DNA of 64,000 nt from Malacoraja senta. Lineage: Eukaryota. Made by a program: the position numbers and the translations under genes. The stretch lies in NCBI GenBank assembly GCA_038087875.1, contig CM075997.1, forward strand, positions 8,496,001-8,560,000. The letters are read 5' to 3'. Numbering within the stretch: the first letter of the stretch is position 1; each line of letters begins with the position of its first letter. Below, piece by piece: positions 40,101 through 51,202 of this stretch. The notes under the pieces are model-generated. The model worked only from the letters and a program-made list of their open reading frames with translations. It did not search any database and was not told where the DNA came from.

Positions 40101-41073
40101 TTTAAAGTCTCCCCAGTAGCCTTTGCAGATCTCCCCGCCAGGATATCGGTCCCCCTCAGGTTCAAGTGCAACCCATCCTTTTTGTACAGGTCGAACCTTC
40201 CACAAAAGAGTTCGCAAGAGGTACCTATATGTACCACGACCTCGGGCTCCTCTCCCTGCCCTTTCAGGGTATCTTGGACACGTTGAGACACATCACAGAC
40301 CCTGGCACCAGGGAGGCAAACTACCATCCGGGTCCCCCGACTGCGTCCACAGAATCGCCTGTCTGACCCCCTAACTATAGAGTCCCCTATTAGTATTGCC
40401 CTCCTCTTCTTTTCCTTACCCTTCTGAGCAACAGGGCCGGTCTCTATACCGGAGGCCCGGCCGCTGTCGCTACCCCCAGGTAGGCTGTCCACACCAACAG
40501 TGCTCAAACAGGAGTACGTATTGTCAAGGTGTACAGCCACTGGGGTACTCTCTAGTCCCTGCCTGTGCCCCTTGCCTCTCCCAACCGTGATCCACTTGCC
40601 TGCCTCCTGTGGTCTTGGAGTGACCACATCCCTGTAACTCCTCTCAATGACTTCCTCGCTGTCCCTGACCAGACGGAGGTCATCGAGCTGCTGCTCCAGG
40701 TTCCTAATACGGACCATTAGGAGCCCCATCTCTATACACCTGGCGCAGATGTGGACGTCTGGAGGGCTATCAGACTCCATGACTTCCCACATCTGACATC
40801 CAGAACAGTAAACTGCCCTGGCCCTCATACTCCCCTTACCCTGGATACAATACAAAACAAACTGCTACAATACAGTCCAATCAGCAGGGATCTGACTCTC
40901 AATCAGCTGCTCCCTCTTGTCTGCTTCCACCAATCAGCGGCTTCCTCAAACCCACTTGTTTTTGAAGTGGAGCTTGGAACGTTACAGATTTGGGTTCCTC
41001 GCGCTCCTCTTTATCTCCTACCGCTCGGGTGTAGCTCCTCCCTCTGCGACCTCTCCAACGGCTCTCGGGCCTC
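37139..41073 (-). mobile_element. Apparently full-length CR1 family A (5' UTR, ORF1, ORF2) with internal deletions
   Basis: ATGT target duplication at 37135-37138 / 41074-41077, with DIRS YR sequence continuous across it. ORF1 40097-40855; ORF2 pieces 39717-40217, 37913-39769, 37243-38166. Confidence 0.95.
40097..40855 (-). CDS. CR1 ORF1: zinc finger/leucine zipper + SGNH esterase (internally deleted)
   Basis: CSGC...CARC, heptad leucines, LIGDSIVRG, DGLHLN. Confidence 0.85.
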   Translation of the reverse strand: MYCIQGKGSMRARAVYCSGCQMWEVMESDSPPDVHICARCIEMGLLMVRIRNLEQQLDDLRLVRDSEEVIERSYRDVVTPRPQEAGKWITVGRGKGHRQGLESTPVAVHLDNTYSCLSTVGVDSLPGGSDSGRASGIETGPVAQKGKEKKRRAILIGDSIVRGSDRRFCGRSRGTRMVVCLPGARVCDVSQRVQDTLKGQGEEPEVVVHIGTSCELFCGRFDLYKKDGLHLNLRGTDILAGRSAKATGETLN

Positions 41074-41864
41074 ATGTGGTCCCGCTAACGTCCATACCCT
41101 GCTGCTGTCGTAGTTGCAGCCCTGGTGGAGTGAGACTTGAATATTAGTGTTCACTCCTGTATAAGCCAGCCCCATTATGACCACCTGGAGATGGTCTGTA
41201 GTGATACCTTCTTATGAGGCTAATGTAACTGACAATATTGCTAGTTCAGAGTCTTTAATGCTATAGTGACCTAACATTCTGGTGTAGATGTGTGACCACA
41301 CACAACCGAAGGTCCATGAGATATGTGAACAATCTAGTTAGACCTGATGCCCCTGGTCTACTCTGCTTGACTAAGTCATAAACATAATGTTATTTAGCCC
41401 GCAGATATTATCATTGTGTCCAGTCACTGCTAATGCCATGTCTGGACCCGTTGTGCTGAACTCAGCGCCATGGGCATAACCACTTGTAGGCGAGTTTGAC
41501 CAAGGACAGGGATGTAGCTGGAGCCCACCGACGAACAATGTGGCACAATGTTAATATCCTATATCTCTGCGTACCCAGGCCTGGGAGGTTTAGATTTGAA
41601 GATACCCTTCATTACCTGAATCCCAGAGGGTGAGACCCAGCAGAGTGGATTCTGTTCCCCGCAGCCAGCATGATGAGAATGCACTTTAGGCACAGTAAAT
41701 AGCACTTTAACTTGATAATTGTCAACCCCATACAAAACTGACCTTCAAGCTGTCAGTCATCCGTGCCGAGCTGAATTTAATATAACATAAAACAAATACC
41801 TCCCATCTCCTTATGAGGAGATACTGCTGTTTGGTGCTATCCTTGCATCTGCAGTGAGCACGAC

Positions 41865-44685
41865 TGTAGGGGTTTAGTTCACTTCGGGCCCAACTGCCCG
41901 AAAAGGGGTTCCCCTAGGTTCTAGACCTCAGAATTATGGTGGGATATGATAAGAGGTTGACTTGACCAGAGCGTGCTGATGAGAGAAAACAGAAACCAAG
42001 ACGGACTCAAAGCAAGTCTAAAATTTACAGGCTTTATTAAACAATAAGAAATCGAATCTCACCAACACTACATAATATGTGACTAAACTTATGCTTTAAA
42101 CTAGTAAGATTAAACGAGAACTTACCAGTATGAAGTTTGATCTGTAATTTATGAGGAGTTACGATGAGGGATTACGTGAAGAACCCGCTCAGTGCGCAGG
42201 CGCGGCATACTTCCAAGCAGCGGTGTGGAATCACAGATAGACACAAGTATTTGAAGTAAACATAGTAAAGAAAAGGAGACATCAATTTATTAGTTTGATC
42301 CATATAATGAGGGTGGGAGCGGAGGGCACGTAATCCCTCATCGTAACTCCTCATAAAATACAGATCAAACTTCAAACTGGTAAGTTCTCGTTTAATCTTA
42401 CTATTTTACTTCGGAGTCACGTGAGTGACTACGTGAAGATTTCCAAGCTCTGTGATTTCAAACCGTGTAACAGTTTTATTTCACTCACTGCCGAAAGTTC
42501 TTGAGGGAGGAAGTGTTATCGTAATCAACCAATGAATCTGTTTCTCAAGAAACAAAAAAGGTATTTATTAACAATAACAAAATTAAAGTGCTCCCCCGGG
42601 CTTAAATTAAATATTTGCAGCTTGTAATATTTTCTCTGCAAATAAATCAGGTTTCATCAACGGCTTATTATAAAAGTTCTGAATGTCGTTTCCCTCGACC
42701 ATCCTGCTGTATTCAGAATATGGTCAACCAGTACGTCCATTCTGTCGGCCGTTGATGTAGATGCTGCCCTAGTGGAATGAGATTTAAATGTATTAGTATC
42801 TATTCCGGCAGCCTTCAGTACCTGTTTGAGCCATCTTGAAATGGTTTGGCTCGTTACCCGGCCATGAGGTTACTTGTGGCTGACCCATAAGGCTTTTTCA
42901 CTCCCTCTGATATTGTGGGTTGTGTCTATGTAATGTAGTAGATGGGTCACGACACACAACCGTGGCTCTTGTGGGTAGGCCCGGAATACCACCAGTGGAT
43001 TAGCTGTTCCTGGCCTGCTTTGCTTCACCAGACCCTGTATGATGAATGTGATCTGATCTGGGGTGGTCACCATGTTGTCCAGCCTTAACTTGTGTAGTGA
43101 CTGGGCCCTCTGAGCAGATACGAGTGCCATCAACATGAGCGTCTTTAGTGTAGATTGCTCGAGGCTGAGGGATCTGGCTGGTGGCCATTCCCTGAGGTAT
43201 GTCAGGACCACACTGATATCCCAAATATGGGTATACCTGGGTTTAGGGGCTTGATATCATAAATGCCCTTCATCAGTTTTACCACCAGTGGATGGGATCC
43301 CATTGCCTGTTGTCCTGCTGGTTTGAGATAAGCAGAAAGAGCACTTCGCGCTGTGTTGATGGCACTGTAACTGATCCCTTCATCATGGTGTAGATGGGCC
43401 AGGAATTCCAGTACGTTGGTGGCTGTGGCTGTTGCATACGTTGTCCCTGTTTCCTGGCAGTACTTCTCCCATTTTCTTATGCTGATTCAGTACTGCCTCT
43501 TGGTGGATGTTCAAAGGGATGCCGACATGGTGGTGATGGTTCGTTCGGACAATCCCTGTTCCAGGTAAGGTCTATTCAAAACCTGCAATCCAGGAGTTTA
43601 ATTTTCTCATGGCATGGGTGGCTTATGCCTGATACTGGGTGAGTTAATAATCCTGGATCACTGGGAAAGACCATTGGTGACTCAGCCACCATGTCATGTA
43701 GAACCGGGAACCATGGCTGTGTAGGCCAGTCGGGCACCATCAAAATTCCAGAAGCAGAGTCCATCTGTATTTTGCGAAGTACCCGACTGATGAGGCAGAA
43801 GGGAGGGAAAGCATAGAAGAAGACATTTCCCCAATCCAGCGTGATGGCATGTATCGCTGCTGCCTCTGGGTCTGGTTCCCAAGCGACATATATAGGTAAC
43901 TGGTGATTTCGTCTTGATGCAAATACATCGATATCTGGCGTTCCATACTGCTTAATAACTTTAGCAAATACTTTAGGGTTTAACATCCATTCGATGTTAT
44001 CATTGAATTTGCGTGACCTGGTGTCTGCCACTGTGTTTAGCTTACCTGGTAGATAAGTAGCTGATAGCCAAATATGTCTTTCGACACACCATAGCCAAAT
44101 CACGTTGACCAATTTGTCGCATGATAATGATTTTATGCCGCCCATATGGTTAATATAAGCCACCACCATAGTATTATCAATCTGTAACCGAACATGCAAG
44201 TGCTGCATATTAGATACATATGCTTTTAACCCATAAAAGGCGCCCAACATCTCTAGATAGTTAATGCCCAGTGTCAGTAGTAATGATGACTCTAGGTTAG
44301 TCCATCTACCACCTGTGCTGGATATGGAGTTAGTTGCTCCCCAGCCTTGAGCACTGGCATCTGTTTGAAGAACTAAAGTAAGGTTAGTGATGATGATAGA
44401 GCTGAAACTATGCCAAACATTTTCTGCCCACCACTGTAGCTGATATTGCTTCAGTGGGTAATTACATGACATGAACATCGTGACCTGTATGTCGTTTTAG
44501 TGCCTGTACCTTTGCTGTTTGTAAATTTTGATAGTGCAAAGGTCCGCATTGTGTAGCTAGAAATGCTGCTACCATTTTCCCAATCACTCTTGGGACTTGT
44601 CGAATAGTTGGTCGTTTGTTGACCATTAAATAGTTGCATGATTGTGCTGATGCAACCATTTTTTTTTAAAAAAAAATTTCAATTT

Positions 44686-44716
<31 letters not shown>

Positions 44717-47700
44717 TTTTCCTTTTGGCAAGGTAACAGTCATATGGACTGAGTTAATTGTAAGCCCAGGTAGTCCATAATAGTGGATGGCTTCAACTTA
44801 GATTTATCTGGATGTAGGACGAACCCCAGAGTTTCGAGGAGCTGTTTTGTAGCTGATACTGCTGCCACAGCCAATTCCATCGTTTTCCCTACTATCTGAA
44901 TATCATCCAGGTATGCCATGACAATATGTGTTTGTTTCTTAGTCTTGCCATGGCTATTTTCAATATTTTGATGAATAATCTCTGGTGCTGTGTAAAATTC
45001 AAGCGCCTCAAGAAGTATCTTCTCCTGCAAGGGCTTATTTGACAGATGATTGATGCTGGCTGCCATTTTTGGTTCCAGCGGTCTTCCAGCACGTGGGGTT
45101 GCTACATAGCGGTCCACGACACCCAGCAGCTCTTCCTGCTCCTGCACCCCTTGCATACTGCCGAATTCTTCCGCCAGCCCCTGTTCCAGACCAGCCCAAC
45201 CCTGGTCACCAATGCTAGCGTCCAGTAATGAGGGAGCAGAGGGCAGTGCACAAGACACTGTGGAGGAGGTGCCTGACCTACCTCCGCGAGAACGCTCCTT
45301 CTGCGTAGCTCGCTGGAGCATCTGCTCCAAGAGCTGTTGTAAGCTCTGGCAGCTGTCTCTCCTCCGTGTAGGTGGAGACATGTCCCCATCCGACGAATCA
45401 GACATTACCGGCCGGTTGCTCTCATGGCTTTCTTCCCTGTCCGTTGTGCAGGCATTAGCGGGACTGGGCTCGGCTCGGTCTCGGGGATAGCGGAGCGCTC
45501 TATGAGCGGTCCTGCCGCCTGTTGCTGCCCCCCTGAGATTAAACGCTCCTCTGGTGGAGTTGAGCTGGGGGCAGTTCTGTTGGAGAGTCTTCTCTTGAGT
45601 GTACTTATTTGCTAAGAACACCCACACTCTCTTTCTCCGTTAGACTAGTTGAATATACTCACCCAACGGTCCGTTTTTTTTAAAATGCAGCCGGAGCGCC
45701 TTCCTCCAGCTGCCGCCGCTGTTGCACTGCTGGCGTAATGCCACGCCTGCGCACTGAGCTCCGTGACTCCGAAGTAAAATAAAACTACGGAAAGAAAATT
45801 ATCGGGCACGTCGTAAAACTTTGACAATATTTTACTCCCCTTTCCCTTTATTTACTCAACCTCCTATCCTATTTCGGGAATTTCTCCAGGTCACCAGGAT
45901 ACTCACAGCTAAGTCGATGCAGGCTCACGAGCTGTCCAGTAGAGCAGAAAGAGAGCAGGAAGAGCAGGAAGAGCCGAAAAGAGCAGAGAGCGAGTTCTGG
46001 CTGGACCTGTTTTATACCTGAGATTCCTTTGAAACCCCCAGGTGGTCCTCTGGATAAAAGGGGTTCTTTTGATGTTTCCCAGTTTCGATCTGGCATGAAC
46101 AATAGGCTTCCGATGATAAGGGGTTTGCTGATGTCATGATAGAAATATAGAAATTAGGTGCAGGCGTAGGCCTGATCGTTATCATCCTCGATGGTGATAG
46201 TGCTCTGCTGGCCAGTTTATCACCGTCTGCTGAGGCTTGGTTCCTTCCTTTGTGTATCCAAGAAAATCTCGATATCTCCGTCTCAGCCTTTCCTGTTCAC
46301 ACCGTTGTGTGATGTCCAAGTCCACAGGCCAGACGGGTTTGAAACTTGAAACTGATTCTTTCTGTGGATTGCGGGGTTTTTACCGTTGCAGCCAGCAAAT
46401 CTGTCTTTTTAAAATGTCCATGTCCTTATCCAAGTTCTTCCAGAATTTTGGAGGATTTGCCCCAATAACTTACATGCCCCTACGATACGTCCAGGCTTGC
46501 ACGGACCGTATCAATTGACAAAGTTAGTGGGCAATCCTCCAGCCTCAAGAGCTGTAAACACTCCTGGTGAGAAGGTGAAATTATGTACCCCGAAAGCCCC
46601 CTTAATCACTAAACTAGGCCCTCGAAGCACATTTACTTACACTATAGCCCTGTACTCCCCTGTAGCTATACAAAACCATATCTCTAGTTACGCTAACTAC
46701 ATCTACTTACACAAAATCCAATGCTATATACAATGTCACCCGTCTCCGGGTGGCCAACTCATAACTGGTCCCCGTCACGCTGGGGCCACCCCTCTGGTGG
46801 GCCCACCCGTGCAGGCCAGAACTCCTCCTGTTGAGGGGCCTGACTGCCCCTCACCTCCCTTTGCACTACGGGGTTTTGAGTTACCCCTACGTTCCCTGCT
46901 GGAAGACCGCTGGAACCAAAAATGGCGGCCAGCATCAATCATCTGTCAAATAAGCCCTTGAGTTACCCCTACACTCCGTAGTGCCCTGTTTCGGCCGCTC
47001 TCCTTCCCGGCCCTCCTGTGGCCGGCCCTAGCCCTAGGTTTAATTAGGGATGGGGACCACCTTATTGGGGGTTTAGTGACCCTGTCACTCCTACGTCTGA
47101 CCGGGGGTTCCCACACCAGAGGTGATACCTCCATCTCCTCTGTTTCTGCTAGTTCTGCCTCTCTTAGGCAGTCTATGGTACCTGCCTGTGGAGGGCTGGA
47201 GTCAACCTCCTTCTCCGCTGCTTGCAGTCCTCGCCCTGGGACACAGCCGGCTACTTCAGGCTGACTACCTGTGGACTCGCCAGGCTCCCCTATGGTTTCT
47301 ACATCAACCCGGGTCTGTTCTTGATCCTGTTCTCTGACGTACCCCTTTCTTACTTTTCCCTGCCCTTGTGGCGTCAAACAATTTACACTGGTTGATGTGG
47401 AACCATTTGACTCTACGGGGAAGCTGAATGGCATACACCATGGGACTGGCTGTGTCCACTATGTTGTATGGGTCCGCATACGAGGGTTCAAACACCCCTA
47501 CCCTAGCATATTACCTGGTCTCCCACTGCCCACTCGCAATGCCTGCGAGGTTCCAGCAGTAGCTTGTTTCTTTGGTGCTGGGCCCCCATGTTTCTGGCTG
47601 CCTGCCAGTGAACCTGCCTAAGTAGTTCAAATAGCCTCTTGGCAAACTTGTCCCGGTTCACTTCCCTGAGCTGTCCCTCTGTTAGGGCTGGGACCATAAC

Positions 47701-50700
47701 GTGCATAGGCATTCTCATGACCCGGCCTGTCATAAGCTCATGGGGAGAGTACCCCGTACTCCTGGACTGGCTGGCCCGAATCCCCATAAGGACCAGGGGT
47801 AAAACCTCCACCCACCGGTTGGGTGAGTCCCCTGTTTCCTTCCTTATCCTTTCCTTTATTGTCCGGGACCTCTAGATCGTACCCCTCTCTGGGCTTCACG
47901 ACACACAGAGCCCCTCTCTCTGATGCCCTCTCGATGACCATTACCTCCTTCTCTCTCTCAGCCCCTTCTCCTGCTATGCCCCACAAACAGTGGTTCCTCA
48001 GGTCCACCAGGACCTGGTGGGCCACTATAAAGTCGGCGCCTAGTATCCCCTTTCCCTCCTGCTCCCAACTCATCAGGACGCATTTCCGCTGCGCCTGGAG
48101 TGCTCCTAATTGAATGGACAAGGGAACAGAGAAAAACCCTGTCTTCTCGTTTCCTGTAAACCCGACAAGACTATAGGGTACCCCACTAGATAGAGGGGAT
48201 GTACGGGCATTGTCCGTGTGGACAATAGTACTGGAAGCACCTGTGTCCAGCAGGTAACTCCCGACCACATCCTGGACCTTCATCTTGACCCAGGGTCTCC
48301 CACATGGGCCATACTTTAACGGGCATAGGAATGTGGGCTGTTTCGCTGGCGGTCATAAAGGGGCCGGGGGTGCGGATATGGGCGCGCCCTGGCCTGTTGC
48401 CATGGCTACCTGTCCGGACCCTCCCGCCTTTGACTGCAAATAGGTAATTAGATCTCTTACATCTATTGTTACCTCCGGGGCTGGGTCTGCTGTTACCGGG
48501 GTCCTATCCCCCACTGCTCTACTTTGGTTTCTGCACTCCCTCTTGTAATGCCCGGGCTTCCCACACCCGTAGCACACCAGCCTCATCTCGGAAGAGGTCT
48601 GGCTGCCTTCCTGTTTCCACTGCCTCCTTTTGGGGGGTGCCGGTACTATTTCGTGCACCTTGCCCTTAAAGGGCTTCTCCTCACTTCTCTCCCCATTGCG
48701 GTATGCAAGGGTCAGCTTCCTGATCACCTCCGCCTCGTTAAGGTTTGGGTCAGCTGGGTCGAACCAGTGCTCGGCCTTTGCCCTAACAATTCGCTACCAG
48801 AGTCTTCAGCCAGTGAGCTGTTCTCTCATTTAATTCTGCCTATCTAAAGGCATCCCACACGCTCCCTCATACACTGCCCACAGCCTGTCTGCGAACATGT
48901 CCGGGGACTCAGCTACCTGTTGCTTCGTCTCCCCCACCCTGGTGAAATTACTACCCTGATTCAACCCCATGGCCTCCAGAACCGCTGTCTGTGCCTCTAC
49001 CCATGTTTCAGGTCTTCCCCCTTCCCTGGAGGTGACTGCCTTGCATAGGTAAGAATCTAGGGTCATCAGTAGCAGCTTTACCTGTTCTACCTCATCGCAA
49101 TCGTTTATGTCGGCTGCCTGCTGCACCTCCATGAAATGCAATGACGGGTCTCCCGCCCTGGTTAACTTGGGAACGTCAGTCACCATCCCCCTCAGCACAT
49201 GTGCCCCATGGGGAATGATGATATCACTCTCTATGGGCCTCCTATCTGCCTGCCCTACCGGGGGACCATATTTCCTTTGCCGTACCGGGCACATCTGCCC
49301 TACTCGGGGCTGTTGCCCCTTTACCCCAGGCTCTCCCACCATGATCGGTAACCTCACCACCTCGTGGTGTGCTACACATGGCGCGGAAGCCGCTAACTGA
49401 GGGTGCTCTCCCGCCCCTCCTTGGGCCTGTCCCTCCCCGGACAACCCGAACCCCACCTGCCGACCTGGACCTATCCCCGGCGCCTCAGGAGGCGGTCTAT
49501 TCCCCTTTGCCCCTGGGGAATCATCTGCTGAGGGAAGCCCTCTGCCCCTGGGGGACCCCCCTGGTCCTACCAGGTGAACCCGTCCCCTAGTCTTAGACAG
49601 AGTCTCCTCCAGCTGCGCTATCCTTGTCTGGCAAGGCCCGTGATCACTATCGCCTAGCTCGCTACGGGCCACCCTGTATGCTGCTTGTATATCTTGGAAC
49701 TTTCTCGCCAGCTCCCTGCACTTCTGTGTACTCTGAGCCAGGAGTTCCTGGGCATTCCGTTCCCTCTCCTTTGCCTCTACCACCTGGCATTGGAGGAATT
49801 CCTGGGCATTTCTGTGGGACTCCCTCGCCTGCAAGATACACTGCCTGGCTTTACTGTATTCCTCAGATAGCCCTACCCCTTCTCTAGCGCTTTCTTCAGC
49901 GCTGGCCCTAGCTTCTCTCAACTGCTCTTCCAGTCTATCTACCTGTCTGTGCATTTTTGCTACCTGCTGTGATAGGCACGCTAGCCAAACTGCCTTTTCC
50001 TGCCCTTTATTATACATTTTGCTTTCCGTCCATTGAGCCGCAGCTACTGCAGGCTGCTGTGCTGTCAGCAATGCTATCACCCATTGTTTGGTGAGATTGA
50101 TCTTTTTAAACAGATAAGAGGAGATTCTCTCCTCCATCTTGCTACGTTCTCTCACCCCCTCTGGCAAATCACATATACCAAACCACCGAGGTCCTGCCAT
50201 GGTCGCCATTCTGTAGGGGTTTAGTTCCCTTTACTCCACTTCGGGCCCAACTCCCCGAAAAAGGGGTTCCCCTAGGTTCTAGACCTCGGAATTATGGTGG
50301 GATATGATAAGAGGTTGACTTGACCAGAGCGTGCTGATGAGAGAAAACAGAACCAAGACGGACTCAAAGCAAGTCTAAAATTTACAGGCTTTATTAAACA
50401 ATAAGAAATCGAATCTCACCAACACTACATAATATGTGACTAAACTTATGCTTTAAACTAAAACTATGGGAAGAAAATTGTCGGGCACGTCGTAAAAGTT
50501 ACTTTGACAATATTTTACTCCCCTTTCCCTTTATTTACTCAACCTCCTATCCTATTTCTGGAATTTCTCCAGGTCACCACGATACTCACAGCTAAGTCAA
50601 TGCAGGCTCACGAGCTGTCCAGTAGAGCAGAAAGAGAGCAGGAAGAGCAGGAAGAGCCGAAAAGAGCAGAGAGCGAGTTCTGGCTGGACTCCTGTTTTAT

Positions 50701-51135
50701 ACCTGAGATTCCTTTGAAACCCCCAGGTGGTCCTCTGGATAAAAGGGGTTCTTTTGATGTTTCCCAGTTTCGATCTGGCATGAACAATAGGCTTCCGATG
50801 ATAAGGGGTTTGCTGATGTCATGATCCCTCAGCCTGATCGTTATCATCCTCGATGGTGATAGTGCTCTGCTGGCCAGTTTACCACCGTCCGCTGTGGCTT
50901 GGTTCCTTCCTTTGTGTATCCAAGAAAATCTCGTTATCTCCGTCTCAGCCTTTCCTGTTCACACCGTTGTGTGATGTCCAAGTCCACAGGCCAGATGGGT
51001 TTGAAACTTGAAACTGATTCTTTCTGTGGATTGCGGGTTTTTCCGTTGCAGCCAGCAAATCTGTCTTTTTTAAAATGTCCATGTCCTTATCCAAGTTCTT
51101 CCATAATTTTGGAGGATTTGCCCCAATAACTTACA
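41865..51135 (-). mobile_element. Gypsy-type LTR retrotransposon lacking RT/RNase H; 3' LTR interrupted by DIRS-C
   Basis: LTRs TGTA...TACA at 50212-51135 (924 bp) and 41865-42101 + 45780-46474. TSD CGAC/CGTC. PBS 50191-50208. Gag 48830-50209 and 48353-48727 (CYGCGKPGHYKREC), protease LLDTGAS 47738-48283, integrase C-terminus at about 47304-47875. Confidence 0.92.
42102..45779 (-). mobile_element. DIRS retrotransposon C, best preserved, with a gag-RT deletion
   Basis: ICR 42327-42438. YR (KTLMLMALVSAQRAQ; HSTRAAST at about 42760-42785). ORF 43576-44478 has RNase H (TDAS..GWG, INYLE, DN) and an MT domain (IDVFAS, FPPF). YLDD and gag lie in 44740-45627. Confidence 0.95.
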
Positions 51136-51202
51136 CGTCCAAGGTATGGTTTGACAACCTGAGCCGCAGGAATGGCCTTCACAGAGTCTGTAATCAAGGC
51201 AT

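Noticed and set aside
46475..47300. env-like gene making the LTR element an endogenous retrovirus
   Set aside because: Only short ORFs, with no signal peptide, fusion peptide or transmembrane anchor.
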